Origin: Oscillospiraceae bacterium
GTDB lineage: Bacteria; Bacillota; Clostridia; Oscillospirales; Oscillospiraceae
Assembly: GCA_963628785.1 (NCBI GenBank)
Contig: CAVGGQ010000001.1
Location: 23,969-87,968, forward strand
Direction of reading: 5' to 3'
DNA length: 64,000 bases
Positions 34,459-44,151 of this stretch are shown piece by piece. The number at the start of each line of letters is the position of its first letter. Positions within the stretch are counted from its first letter, which is position 1. The position numbers were made by a program, and so were the translations under genes. The notes beneath the pieces were generated by a model that worked only from the letters and a program-made list of their open reading frames with translations, had not been told where the DNA came from and ran no database searches.

Positions 34459-35208
34459 TTATTTTTCGAGCCGACGCAGGAAGGCACGGGTTCGCTCCTG
34501 CCGGGGTGCATCGATGACTTGCTCGGGCGTTCCCTCTTCCACAATGCACCCGCCGTCCATGAAAATGACATGATCCGCGACCAGCCGCGCGAACTGCATC
34601 TCGTGCGTGACGATGACCATTGTCATTTTTTCCTCGGCAAGCGAGCGGATAACGCGCAGCACTTCGCCCGTAAGCTCCGGGTCAAGCGCGCTGGTGGGTT
34701 CATCGAAGAAGAGAAGCTCCGGGTTCATACAAAGAGCCCGCGCAATGGCGGCGCGCTGCTGCTGCCCGCCGGAAAGTTCGCACGGATATGCATCTGCGCG
34801 GTCGACGAGTCCCATTTTCGCGAGCAGCGCCATAGCCTCCTCTCGCACCTCGGCGGCAGGGCGTTTCTGCACCTGCACGGGGGCGTCCATCACATTTTTC
34901 AAAAGCGTGAAGTGCGGGAAAAGGTTATAGCTCTGGAATACGAGCCCGAAATACCGCCGGATCTCGCGCAGCTCATTCTTTGACGCGTATACACCGTTTT
35001 GCATGGCGTACTTGCCCTCGTATACAATGTCGCCGCCGTCGGCGGTCTCCAGAAGCGTGGCGCAGCGAAGCAGCGTGGATTTACCCGAGCCTGAGGGCCC
35101 GATGATAGCTGTGACGCTGCCCGAGGGAACGGTGAGCGAAATGTCGCTCAGCACGCCGTTCTCGCCGAAGCTCTTGCGTATATGACGCAGTTCCAATATG
35201 TTGCTCAT
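34459..35208 (-). CDS. Polar amino-acid ABC ATP-binding protein (GlnQ-like)
   Basis: 249 aa. Motifs: [41 protein letters not shown]. Confidence 0.9.
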   Translation of the reverse strand: MSNILELRHIRKSFGENGVLSDISLTVPSGSVTAIIGPSGSGKSTLLRCATLLETADGGDIVYEGKYAMQNGVYASKNELREIRRYFGLVFQSYNLFPHFTLLKNVMDAPVQVQKRPAAEVREEAMALLAKMGLVDRADAYPCELSGGQQQRAAIARALCMNPELLFFDEPTSALDPELTGEVLRVIRSLAEEKMTMVIVTHEMQFARLVADHVIFMDGGCIVEEGTPEQVIDAPRQERTRAFLRRLEK

Positions 35209-35220
35209 GTCCGACCCTCC

Positions 35221-35877
35221 TCAGCGATAATAGGCAAACGCCTTCTCGACGCGTTCCATGCCGAACGCGACAAGGCTGTTGAATATGAAATAGAAAACCG
35301 CCGCCGCGGCAAAAGCGAGCATGCCCGGCGAATTCGGCGCCACGGCGATCTGCTTGGCGCGTGTGAACATTTCCACCGTGCCGATGGCGGAGGCGAGAGA
35401 TGTGTCCTTCACAAGCGTGATGACCTCGTTCGTGACGCTCGGAATGACGCGCTTTACCATCTGCGGGAGAATGATGCGGAAAAAGGTCTGTCCATGGCTG
35501 TAGCCGAGCACCTGCGCGGCCTCGTACTGCCCGGCACTGATGGACTCGATGCCGCCACGGTAGATCTCCGCAAAGTAGGCCGCGTAGTTGATGACAAACG
35601 CGACGATCACGGCCGCAAAGCGCCAGTTACGCGGCAGCACCATGCCGAGGAGAAAACTCGGCCCGTAGTACACGACCATGACCTGCAGCATCAGCGGAGT
35701 GCCGCGCATAATGGCAATATACACTTTCGTTACCCAGCGGAGCGGAGCAAAACGGCTCTTTCGCGCAAAATAAACAACGAGGCCGAGCGGCAGCGAGCCG
35801 AGCAGTGTGAGAAAGAAAATACTGAGTGTAATGAGAAACGCCTCGGAGAGCGAGAGAAGCATGGTCTGAACGGTCAT
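35221..35877 (-). CDS. Polar amino-acid ABC permease (HisM/GlnP family)
   Basis: About 218 aa with 5 TM helices. The EAA-like loop is YEAAQVLGYSHGQTFFRIILPQ. The start is taken at MTVQTML. Confidence 0.85.
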   Translation of the reverse strand: MTVQTMLLSLSEAFLITLSIFFLTLLGSLPLGLVVYFARKSRFAPLRWVTKVYIAIMRGTPLMLQVMVVYYGPSFLLGMVLPRNWRFAAVIVAFVINYAAYFAEIYRGGIESISAGQYEAAQVLGYSHGQTFFRIILPQMVKRVIPSVTNEVITLVKDTSLASAIGTVEMFTRAKQIAVAPNSPGMLAFAAAAVFYFIFNSLVAFGMERVEKAFAYYR

Positions 35878-35971
35878 AAGTTCTGTCCTTTCGGATGATA
35901 TCGGCAAATACGCACTTGTGCGCGGGGATGCGAAAGCGTCCCCGCGCGCAGGTTCTCTCTAAAGTTGTATA

Positions 35972-36844
35972 TTATTTGCACATGCACAGGCTGTCAAGAG
36001 AAAGTCCCTTGTCAACATAGTTCTGTGCGATCTCCATCATGGTGCCGTCCTCGGCCGTGGCGAGCAGCTGCTCGTTTACAGCATCGCGAAGCTCTTCATT
36101 GCCCAGCAAGAAGCCGACAGCGTACTGCTCTGTGGAAACAGCCTCGGAGAGGATCACATAGTCGCCTTCGGTGTTCGCGATTTGATAGTTGCCGACACCG
36201 ATGTCAACGATAACCGCATCGACACTGCCCTGACGCAGCTCCAGGAAACCGGTGTTGTAGTCGGCCAGCTCCACGAGCTCTCCGAAGGAAGCTGTGAGCT
36301 CTTCGTTCGCGTTCAGTGCATCGAGACCGGAGGAAGCAGACTGTACCATTACGACCTTGCCGGCGAGGTCGGCGAGGGACTCAATGCCGGAGTCGGCACG
36401 GACGATGGCGACGATGCTGTTGTCAATGTAAGGATCGGACCAGGTGTACTCTTCCTCACGGCCGGTGTAGGTGAAACCGTTCCAAATGCAGTTGATGTTG
36501 CCTGCTTTCAGCTCGGCATCCTTGGAAGCCCAGTCGATGGCGACGGCTTCGTATTCCCAGCCGAGACGAGCGCAAACTTCCTGAGCGAGCGCTAGGTCAA
36601 AGCCGTCATAGCTGCCGTCCTCGGCAATGTAGCCGAACGGAGGGAACTCGGCATCAAAGCCGACGATGAGCTTTCCGCCGGCAGACTCGGTGGTCTCTTC
36701 CGCAGCGGCTTCATCCGCAGCTTCGGCGGCGGGCTCTGCGGTGGCCGCGGCTTCGGCGGAAGATGTGGAAGTGGTGCTGCCGCATCCGGCAAGCACTGTC
36801 GCGATGAGGCACAGCGTAAGTGCAATAGCAAGGATCTTTTTCAT
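35972..36844 (-). CDS. Amino-acid ABC substrate-binding lipoprotein (canonical order)
   Basis: Starts MKKILAIALTLCLIATVLAGCGS, has an Ala/Glu-rich linker, then LIVGFDAEFPPFGY..FDLALAQEV..YAVGFLLGNEELRD. SD AAAGGAGAA is present. Confidence 0.85.
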   Translation of the reverse strand: MKKILAIALTLCLIATVLAGCGSTTSTSSAEAAATAEPAAEAADEAAAEETTESAGGKLIVGFDAEFPPFGYIAEDGSYDGFDLALAQEVCARLGWEYEAVAIDWASKDAELKAGNINCIWNGFTYTGREEEYTWSDPYIDNSIVAIVRADSGIESLADLAGKVVMVQSASSGLDALNANEELTASFGELVELADYNTGFLELRQGSVDAVIVDIGVGNYQIANTEGDYVILSEAVSTEQYAVGFLLGNEELRDAVNEQLLATAEDGTMMEIAQNYVDKGLSLDSLCMCK

Positions 36845-36962
36845 TTTGATTTCTCCTTTTTGATCTCGTGAGCGGGAATGTGAGCTTTTCACCGCTCAAA
36901 TGTTCCGATTTATTATGTTAACATACTAACACATTAGCAAACTGAAGTAAATTGACAAAAAT

Positions 36963-36996
36963 GAAAAAGAGAGAGGCTCAATGTCTCTCTCTTTTG
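36963..36996. terminator. Bidirectional terminator
   Basis: AGAGAGAG (36968-36975) pairs with CTCTCTCT (36985-36992), flanked by AAAAA and TTTT. Confidence 0.7.
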
Positions 36997-37011
36997 ACAT
37001 TTCTATCGAAA

Positions 37012-37353
37012 TCAGTCAAAAACGATTTTCTTTTTGCTGTTAGGCGTGCGCGGATACTCGCGGATGCGGGTGATATAGTCGAGATTTATGACTTCGGTAC
37101 CGTCCTTATGCTCTATAAGTATCCCGTTTTCTCCGATCTCCCGAATGACTCCGGTGATAGTGGAGCCGAATCCGCTCAAAAGATAAACGATGCATTCTTT
37201 TCCGATATACTGCTTGGCCAATTCCTTCATGGCGCTGTTCTCCTTTTTTTTATTTTTCAAAATATTTTTTATTTGCCTTGCTCGGATAGCTCTCTGCGTG
37301 ATGATCCACGAACAGAAAACGATCATGAAGAGCAGATAGTACACTTCGTTCAT
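37012..37353 (-). CDS. Small N-terminally anchored protein of unknown function (possible small beta-barrel domain)
   Basis: 113 aa with a strong AAGGAGG SD. One TM helix, then KECIVYLLSGFGSTITGVIREIGENGILIEHKDG. Confidence 0.5.
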   Translation of the reverse strand: MNEVYYLLFMIVFCSWIITQRAIRARQIKNILKNKKKENSAMKELAKQYIGKECIVYLLSGFGSTITGVIREIGENGILIEHKDGTEVINLDYITRIREYPRTPNSKKKIVFD

Positions 37354-37381
37354 AACGGAAGCCTCCTTCGGGTGTCGTGCT

Positions 37382-38170
37382 TCAGATAACTTTTCGGCCC
37401 GAGCGGGAATATTTTTCGGAGGAACGGCAGAAGGCTTCGTTATTCACGAACCAAATGATACAAACGACAAGGGCCGCTGAAAAGCCGCCGCCGAAAAGGA
37501 GCGCACGCAGTGCGCACAGAAGAGCAAGCGCCGTACAGGTCGTATTGACTGCCGTGTACGCTTTGTAAGCGCACTGTCCGATGATGATCTTTTCGGCCTC
37601 GTCGCAGCTGTCCATCCACTTTTTCCGAAACTTCATGTCGTACACGGAGCCCTGCTTTTCGGGATTCATCTGTTTGAGCTTGTCTACGCACTTCTGCTGT
37701 AAAATGACGGCCTCTGCAAGCACCGCAAGGAACGAGGCGATGCCGAGGAAAAAGAAAATCACATGCCCGACGGCCTTATGCGCCGCGCTGTACGATGCAG
37801 AAAGCACAAAAAAGGCCAAAATGAGCGCCAAGTTGGAGACCCATACGACACGGGAAATTTTACCGTCCGCGAGCTCTGAAACATCCTCATCCTCTCCGTC
37901 CCGGGTATTCAGCAGTTTCCACGCACTCCGGTACATCGGAATGCACACAGCCGCTGTTGTGACGGCGATAGCGAGCAGAAGCCAGTGCGCGATATGCTCT
38001 CCGAAAAAGAAGACAGCCGCATGGATCCCGGAGGAAAGTCTGTCCACATCGGCACTTCCGGTGCAGTATCCGATAATGCCGCCTACTGCGGCGCACACGA
38101 GCACGACGAGCAGAAATGTCGGCAAAGCCTTGCGGTTCGCCTGCTTGATCTCGTTATTTAGCATTTTCAT
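37382..38170 (-). CDS. Polytopic membrane protein (DUF3169-like partner of a YozG-type regulator)
   Basis: About 262 aa with 5-6 TM helices. The start MKMLNNE overlaps the regulator stop. The family name is from memory of this gene pairing. Confidence 0.55.
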   Translation of the reverse strand: MKMLNNEIKQANRKALPTFLLVVLVCAAVGGIIGYCTGSADVDRLSSGIHAAVFFFGEHIAHWLLLAIAVTTAAVCIPMYRSAWKLLNTRDGEDEDVSELADGKISRVVWVSNLALILAFFVLSASYSAAHKAVGHVIFFFLGIASFLAVLAEAVILQQKCVDKLKQMNPEKQGSVYDMKFRKKWMDSCDEAEKIIIGQCAYKAYTAVNTTCTALALLCALRALLFGGGFSAALVVCIIWFVNNEAFCRSSEKYSRSGRKVI

Positions 38171-38369
38171 CCTCCTCAAGATAAAAGACATCTTCTACCG
38201 AAACACTGCAAACCTTTGCAATAGTCAGTGCCAGCGTGACGGACGGCGAGTAGTCGCCCCGCTCGATAAGACTGATCGTCTGGCGTGATACGCCGCACAA
38301 TCGTCCCATTTCCTGCTGATTCACATTCAGCGCGGCCCGGCGCTCCTTAAGCCGGTTTCGCAGTTCCAT
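38154..38369 (-). CDS. XRE-family HTH transcriptional regulator (YozG-like, 71 aa)
   Basis: MELRNRLKERRAALNVNQQEMGRLCGVSRQTISLIERGDYSPSVTLALTIAKV. SD GGAGGT is present. Confidence 0.85.
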   Translation of the reverse strand: MELRNRLKERRAALNVNQQEMGRLCGVSRQTISLIERGDYSPSVTLALTIAKVCSVSVEDVFYLEEDENAK

Positions 38370-38409
38370 ATCGCACCTCCTTCGTCAACTTTTCTTGTCC
38401 AAGCGACAA

Positions 38410-38456
38410 ATATCCTTGTCATGATGCATTATATCCTTGTCATATATACTTGTCAA
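38410..38456 (-). promoter_or_regulatory. Promoter plus 13-bp direct-repeat operator of the XRE operon
   Basis: Minus strand: TTGACA (38456-38451), 17 nt, TATAAT (38433-38428). ATGACAAGGATAT is repeated exactly at 38410-38422 and 38431-43 (21-bp period). Further GACAAG copies lie at about 38395-38403 and 38450-38457. Confidence 0.55.
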
Positions 38457-38457
38457 G

Positions 38458-38494
38458 AAAAAATAAAAACGGAGCGGAATTTTCATCTGCTCCG
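38458..38494 (-). terminator. Rho-independent terminator after mnmA
   Basis: The minus strand has CGGAGC..GCTCCG followed by TTTTTATTTTTT. Confidence 0.7.
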
Positions 38495-38505
38495 GAAATC
38501 ATATT

Positions 38506-39507
38506 TTACTCTTTGGCGATGAACCCGCCGCCAAGGAGACGCTCGCCATCGTAAAATGCGGCAGTTTGTCCGGGCGTCGGGGCGCGGACGGCATCCGAAA
38601 AACGGACGACGGCGCCGCTCCCTTCGGGCGTTACGGTACCGACTGGAAGTTCCTTCTTCGAGTGCCTCACGCGAACGCCGCAGGAAAGTTCTCCCTCCGG
38701 CTCCACGAGCCAGTTCACATCCCGCACCGTAAAGCTCTGCCGCCAAACGGCGGCATCGTCCGAGGAGAGACGCACCTCATTCGTTTCGGGACAGATCTCT
38801 GATACATATACCCGCTGCCCGAAGCCGATACCGAAGTGCTTCCGCTGCCCGACGGTGTAGTGATGGATGCCGCGGTGCTTCGCGACCGCCTTCCCGTCCA
38901 GCACGAAATCGCCCGGGGGAGGCACAATGCCGCGCCGTTCGACCCACGCAGCATAGTCGCCATCGGGGATAAAGCAGATGTCCATGCTGTCCGGCTTGTG
39001 TGCGACCGGGAGACCGAGTGACTCGGCAATAGCCCGCACTTCCGTTTTCTTATACGGCGCGAGCGGCAGCAAAAGCGCATCGATCTCTTCCTTCGTGAGA
39101 CGGCAGAGCATATAGCTCTGGTCGTTCTCCGGCTGCCCTCGATATATTCCACCATCATGCACTGCGGCGTAATGTCCGGTAGCAATGTACTTCGCGCCCT
39201 GCCGCTTCGCCTCGCCCAGCAGAAAACGGAACTTTACTGCCGGATTGCAGAGAATGCAGGGATTCGGCGTCTCACCATGCAGGTACGCTTCGGCGAACGG
39301 TGCGCAGACATACCGTTCCATCGCCTCACGCGTGTCCGCAATGACGAGCGGAATCGAGAGCGAGTCGGCGGCTTCCTTCGCGGCCTCCGCACCGGGGAGA
39401 CCGTTGTCAAGATAGAGTCCGAGCACTTCCAGCCCCTGCTCACGCAGAAGATGCGCCGAGACGGCACTGTCCACGCCGCCGGAGAGTCCGAGAACAACTT
39501 TATCCAT
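38506..39507 (-). CDS. mnmA: tRNA 2-thiouridine(34) synthase
   Basis: 333 aa. PP-loop VVLGLSGGVDSAV, NPCILCN, GHYA. Confidence 0.9.
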   Translation of the reverse strand: MDKVVLGLSGGVDSAVSAHLLREQGLEVLGLYLDNGLPGAEAAKEAADSLSIPLVIADTREAMERYVCAPFAEAYLHGETPNPCILCNPAVKFRFLLGEAKRQGAKYIATGHYAAVHDGGIYRGQPENDQSYMLCRLTKEEIDALLLPLAPYKKTEVRAIAESLGLPVAHKPDSMDICFIPDGDYAAWVERRGIVPPPGDFVLDGKAVAKHRGIHHYTVGQRKHFGIGFGQRVYVSEICPETNEVRLSSDDAAVWRQSFTVRDVNWLVEPEGELSCGVRVRHSKKELPVGTVTPEGSGAVVRFSDAVRAPTPGQTAAFYDGERLLGGGFIAKE

Positions 39508-41389
39508 GGTGCGGATCCTTTCGGCTTTCCATATAGATCATCAGCGCCGTCATATCGGCCGGGGAAACACCGGAAATGCGTGATGCCTGCCCGAAGTTCG
39601 CCGGGCGTATGGCGGAGAGCTTCTGCCGCGCTTCGGTGCGCAGTCCGGGAACGCTCTCGTAGTCGATGCCCTCCGGCATCGGGCGAGCTTCCATGCGCTG
39701 AAAATCTTTGACCTGCCGAAGCTGGCGGCGGATGTAGCCTTCATACTTTAGGTTGATGGAAACCTCTTCGCCTACGGCACGCGGCAGTGCGGGCCGCTCA
39801 GGGTCGAACGCCGCGAGATCGCGGTAGTCGATTTGCGGGCGGCGCAGGAGATCGGCAAGCGAGGCTCCGGAGACAATTTCCGCCGTACCCTTTTCGCGCA
39901 GCATGGCGTTTATTGCTTCGCCCGGTGCGATGTGCGTGTGTTCCAAACGGTCACGCTCCGCTTCGACGGAAGCATACTTTGCTTCTACGGCGGCGAGCCG
40001 CTCATCGGACACAAGCCCGATGCGGTGACCGTAATGCGTGAGACGTTCGTCGGCGTTGTCCTGCCGATGGAGCAGACGGTATTCGCTGCGCGATGTCATG
40101 ATGCGGTACGGCTCTTCCGTTCCCTTGGTCACAAGGTCGTCGATGAGTGTGCCGATGTAGCCGTCCGAGCGGCGGAGAATGAGCGGCTCCTCGCCCTTGA
40201 GCTTGAGAGCAGCGTTTACGCCCGCTACAAACCCCTGCACGGCAGCTTCCTCATAGCCCGAAGAGCCGTTGAATTGTCCGGCACCGTAAAGCCCCGGGAC
40301 CTTCTTGCTCTCAAGGGTGGCGTACAGCTCTGTCGGGTCTACGCAGTCGTATTCGATCGCATAGGCGGAGCGCTGGATCTCGGCGTTTTCCAGTCCGGGG
40401 ATGGAGTGGACAACATCCACCTGCACATCCTCCGGCAGGGAAGAGGAGAGACCCTGAATGTAAAGCTCCTGCGTGTGCAGCCCCATCGGCTCGATGAACA
40501 GCTGATGGCGCTCCTTATCGGGAAATGTAACGATTTTCGTCTCGATGGAGGGGCAGTAGCGCGGGCCGGTGCCGGCAATGGTGCCGTTGAAGAGCGGGCT
40601 GCGGTCGAGGTTGGAGCGGATGATCTCGTGCGTGTGGGCGTTCGTGTAGGTGAGCCAGCAAACGGCGTGATTTTCGAGACCGTCGGCATCCGTGGAATAG
40701 GAAAACGGTTCAATCTCCTCATCACCCGGCTGGATCTGCATTTCATCATAGCGGACGGAACGCGCGTTCACGCGCGGAGGCGTGCCGGTCTTGAAGCGGC
40801 GGAGACGAAGCCCCATATCCGCGAGGCACTTCGTAAGCTCCGTTGCTGCGGCAAGCCCGTCGGGACCCGAGGTGCGGATGACATCGCCGATAATCGTCCG
40901 TCCGCCGAGATAGGTGCCGGTCGCAATGACTACGGCGCGCACGGCGTATACCGCGCCCGTGTGCGTTGTCACGGAGGAAACATGCCCATCCGTAAGGCCA
41001 ATGGATACGATCTCCGCCTGGTGCAGCACGAGATCATTCTGCCGCTCCAGCGTTTCTTTCATGATCTCCTGATACCGCCGACGGTCGGCCTGCACGCGCA
41101 GCGAGTAGACGGCTGGACCCTTGCCGCGATTGAGCATTCGGAACTGAATGCCCGCCTTATCCGCAGCCTTGCCCATCTCGCCGCCGAGCGCATCCAGCTC
41201 GCGCACGAGGTGTCCCTTGCCGGTGCCGCCGATGGCAGGATTGCAGGGCATGTTGCCCACGCTGTCAAGGTTTACCGTGAAGCACACGGTGCGAAGCCCG
41301 AGCCGCGCCGATGCGAGTGCCGCCTCGATGCCGGCGTGTCCGGCACCGATCACGGCAATATCAAATTGTCCGGCATCATAGGTCTTCAT
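39500..41389 (-). CDS. mnmG: tRNA uridine 5-carboxymethylaminomethyl modification enzyme
   Basis: 629 aa. FDIAVIGAGHAGIEAA, NPAIGGTGKGHLVRELDALGG, GPRYCPSIE, AGQFNG. Confidence 0.95.
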   Translation of the reverse strand: MKTYDAGQFDIAVIGAGHAGIEAALASARLGLRTVCFTVNLDSVGNMPCNPAIGGTGKGHLVRELDALGGEMGKAADKAGIQFRMLNRGKGPAVYSLRVQADRRRYQEIMKETLERQNDLVLHQAEIVSIGLTDGHVSSVTTHTGAVYAVRAVVIATGTYLGGRTIIGDVIRTSGPDGLAAATELTKCLADMGLRLRRFKTGTPPRVNARSVRYDEMQIQPGDEEIEPFSYSTDADGLENHAVCWLTYTNAHTHEIIRSNLDRSPLFNGTIAGTGPRYCPSIETKIVTFPDKERHQLFIEPMGLHTQELYIQGLSSSLPEDVQVDVVHSIPGLENAEIQRSAYAIEYDCVDPTELYATLESKKVPGLYGAGQFNGSSGYEEAAVQGFVAGVNAALKLKGEEPLILRRSDGYIGTLIDDLVTKGTEEPYRIMTSRSEYRLLHRQDNADERLTHYGHRIGLVSDERLAAVEAKYASVEAERDRLEHTHIAPGEAINAMLREKGTAEIVSGASLADLLRRPQIDYRDLAAFDPERPALPRAVGEEVSINLKYEGYIRRQLRQVKDFQRMEARPMPEGIDYESVPGLRTEARQKLSAIRPANFGQASRISGVSPADMTALMIYMESRKDPHHG

Positions 41390-42825
41390 GCTTTTTTCTC
41401 TGCGATCTCCTTCAGTATGGCACGGACGAGGTCGTCGCAGCGATACACGGTATCGAGCACAAGCGTCTCACGAGTGGAATGAATATCGAGAATGTCGGGG
41501 CCGATGGAGATGATGTCGAGGTTTGGGTTTCGGGACGAAAAGCTGCCGCACTCGAGTCCGGCGTGAACCGGCTCCACGGACATGGCTTTTCCGTTCTGTT
41601 CTTTGTATATACGCTCGCAGATGGAAACGAGCTCACTGCCGGGCTTGAGCGGCCATGCGGGAGAGGAGCTCAGCTGTGTCAGCTCAAAACCGGCCTCTTC
41701 CGCCTGACGAAGGAACTCGGCCTTCATTTCGGCAGTGATAGACGGCTCGCTGCTCCGCTGATGGAGCGTGAATTCCACCTCGTCTTCGCCGACAGAGGCG
41801 AGACCGGTGTTCGCGCTGCTCTCTACCAGTGTGGGAATGGATCTCGACATCGAGTGAACGCCGTCAAATACCTCGGTGATGAGCGTAAGGTAACTGCACG
41901 TGACCTCTTCGGTCAAAGCCTTTCCGGGCAGGGCAGCTTCGGATACGGCGACTTTCGCGTCCGGATCGGTCGCGGCGCAGGCGACCATTTCGGTGAGGGC
42001 TCGAGTCTTCAGCGCGGCGAGCACCTTCTCAGCATCCTTCTCCGGCACGGAGATCACGGCAGAGCAGGAAGACGGGATCGCATTGTGTGCGCTGCCGCCC
42101 TTGAATGCCGCAAGACGCACATTGGGGCACTCCGTAAGACCGGCAAGCGCGGTGCGCGCGGCAATGCGGATGGCATTTGCCAGATGCAGATGGATGGAAG
42201 AGCCGGAATGTCCGCCGACAAGACCGTTCACGGTAATGGCATAGGCCTTGCCCGAAGCTTCCTCCCAGGCGGCGGCACGGTGCATGCGATACATATCGCT
42301 GCCGGCACTCGAGTTGCACAGCGAGCCGAATTCCTCCCAGTCGAGGTTGATGAGATACTTAGCATCGAGGTGCTTCTCGTCCAGCCCATCGGCGCCGGAC
42401 ATACCGTCTTCCTCATCTACAGTGAAAATGGCGCGAATGGGCCCGTGCACGGCATCGGGATCTTCGAGGATCGACATGGCGATGGCAACACCCGCCCCGT
42501 CATCGCCGCCGAGGGATGTGCCCTTTGCGGTAAGGGTCTTCCCGTCGTTGATGACGGTGACATGGTCATTGAGCGGATCGAAGGTCATACCGTATTCCCA
42601 GACCACGACCATATCCATGTGTGCCTGCATGATCGTGCACGGTGCGTCCTCGTGGCCCGGCGTGCCGGGCTTATCGATAATGACATTGCCCTCCGCATCG
42701 CGCTCGGCCTGAAGTCCCTTTTTGCACGCCCAGTCATACAAAAACGCGCTGATTTTCTCCTCGTGATGTGACTTATGCGGAATAGTGCACAGCGAGAGGA
42801 AATTCTCAATAATTTTCTTGTTCAT
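41386..42825 (-). CDS. pepD: Aminoacyl-histidine (Xaa-His) dipeptidase, M20 family
   Basis: About 479 aa. IPHKSHHEEKI.., QAHMDMV, GGDDGAGVA, TVDEEDGMSGA. The ATG at 42825 is preferred over the TTG at 42843. There is an ATGA overlap with mnmG. Confidence 0.85.
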   Translation of the reverse strand: MNKKIIENFLSLCTIPHKSHHEEKISAFLYDWACKKGLQAERDAEGNVIIDKPGTPGHEDAPCTIMQAHMDMVVVWEYGMTFDPLNDHVTVINDGKTLTAKGTSLGGDDGAGVAIAMSILEDPDAVHGPIRAIFTVDEEDGMSGADGLDEKHLDAKYLINLDWEEFGSLCNSSAGSDMYRMHRAAAWEEASGKAYAITVNGLVGGHSGSSIHLHLANAIRIAARTALAGLTECPNVRLAAFKGGSAHNAIPSSCSAVISVPEKDAEKVLAALKTRALTEMVACAATDPDAKVAVSEAALPGKALTEEVTCSYLTLITEVFDGVHSMSRSIPTLVESSANTGLASVGEDEVEFTLHQRSSEPSITAEMKAEFLRQAEEAGFELTQLSSSPAWPLKPGSELVSICERIYKEQNGKAMSVEPVHAGLECGSFSSRNPNLDIISIGPDILDIHSTRETLVLDTVYRCDDLVRAILKEIAEKKA

Positions 42826-42843
42826 ATATTTCTTTCCCTTCAA

Positions 42844-44151
42844 TTAATAAATATCATTGACATCCACAAGGCATACGGTGACATCTTTTGTTTCGCCGTC
42901 GTGCCATACGGTGAGGGTGAGCTCATCGCCGACGCCGAGTTCGGCGATGACATCGGTCAGATCCTCGTTCGAGGTGAGCTCCGAGCCGTTCACGGCGAGC
43001 AGAACATCGCCTGCTTCTATGCCCTTCTTTGCGCAGTCGGAGCCTTCGGAAACGGCACTCACATAAAGACCGGAGGGGAGACCGTACTCATCCATGGCCG
43101 TCTGCGGTACTTTGCCGACTGTGAGGCCGAGGGCCGGGCGCCCGACTACTTCGCCGTTCTTCACGAGAGACTCCGTGACTTCCTTCACGGTAGAGGACGG
43201 AATGGCAAACCCGATGCCCTCAATGGACACGGCACCGGTATACTGATTGCTCATCTTCATATTGGTAATGCCGATGACCTGACCAAGAGAGTTGATAAGC
43301 GCACCGCCGCTGTTGCCCTCGTTGATGGGTGCGGAAGTCTGCAGCAGTGTCTGCGTCACGCCGTTGCTCGTCACGGCGCGGTCGATGCCGGAGATAATGC
43401 CTTCGGTCATCGTGCTGCGAAATTCCTTTCCGAGCGGGTTGCCGATGGCGACGACGCTGTCGCCGACCTTGAGCGTATCGCTCGTGCCGAACCCGGCCGC
43501 AGTCAGTCCGCTCGCGGCGATTTTCAGAACGGCGAGATCGGTGCGCGTGTCGTAGCCGATGAGCTTCGCCTCATATTCTTCGTCGTTCCAAAGCGTGACC
43601 GTGGCACTGCCTGTGCCTTCAATCACATGGGAGTTTGTGAGAATATAGCCGTCCTCGGTGAGCACAACGCCCGAGCCCCAGTAGTAGCTGTCCGTGCTGT
43701 CCGCATCGGGGTAGGCTGTGATGGCAACAATGGACGGAGCGCACTTTTCATAGATCTCCTCTTCTGAGAGCAGTTCACCGGTGAAGGGGAGCAGTTCGAC
43801 GGCAACATTGCGGTCGGCTTTCACCTGCGGGATGGTGCACTCTTCGGCTTCCTCGTAGCTCGAGAAATAGTTATCGAAGAACGACTTGTAGTCGTCCGGC
43901 ATCTCGCCGTCGGAGTCCGTGCCGGGAACTGTGCTCTCACTCTCTGCGGCTGCCGGACTGCGGAAGACGCTGCACGAAATGACCACAAGCGCCGCTGCGG
44001 CGAGAACGATGAGAATGATCGCCCAAACCGGGAATTTTTTCCTGCGCTTTTTGACCTGCGCATACGCTGCCGTTGCGCGCTGCCCCTCGTCACCGGGGCA
44101 GACATACCATTGGTTTTCCAGATTTTCCATATGATTTCCTTCCTGCGTCAT
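42844..44151 (-). CDS. htrA: HtrA/DegP-family serine protease with an N-terminal TM helix and a C-terminal PDZ domain
   Basis: 435 aa. Motifs: TNSHVI, DLAVLK, GNSGGALIN. The PDZ-like end is GDVLLAVNG..LTLTVW. Confidence 0.85.
   Translation of the reverse strand: MTQEGNHMENLENQWYVCPGDEGQRATAAYAQVKKRRKKFPVWAIILIVLAAAALVVISCSVFRSPAAAESESTVPGTDSDGEMPDDYKSFFDNYFSSYEEAEECTIPQVKADRNVAVELLPFTGELLSEEEIYEKCAPSIVAITAYPDADSTDSYYWGSGVVLTEDGYILTNSHVIEGTGSATVTLWNDEEYEAKLIGYDTRTDLAVLKIAASGLTAAGFGTSDTLKVGDSVVAIGNPLGKEFRSTMTEGIISGIDRAVTSNGVTQTLLQTSAPINEGNSGGALINSLGQVIGITNMKMSNQYTGAVSIEGIGFAIPSSTVKEVTESLVKNGEVVGRPALGLTVGKVPQTAMDEYGLPSGLYVSAVSEGSDCAKKGIEAGDVLLAVNGSELTSNEDLTDVIAELGVGDELTLTVWHDGETKDVTVCLVDVNDIY

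Noticed and set aside
36845-36960. Leader of the amino-acid ABC operon with repeated GCTCAC/GAGCGG stems as a T-box or riboswitch
   Set aside because: It is far too short for a T-box. It has no specifier/T-box consensus and no terminator/antiterminator pair that I can identify.
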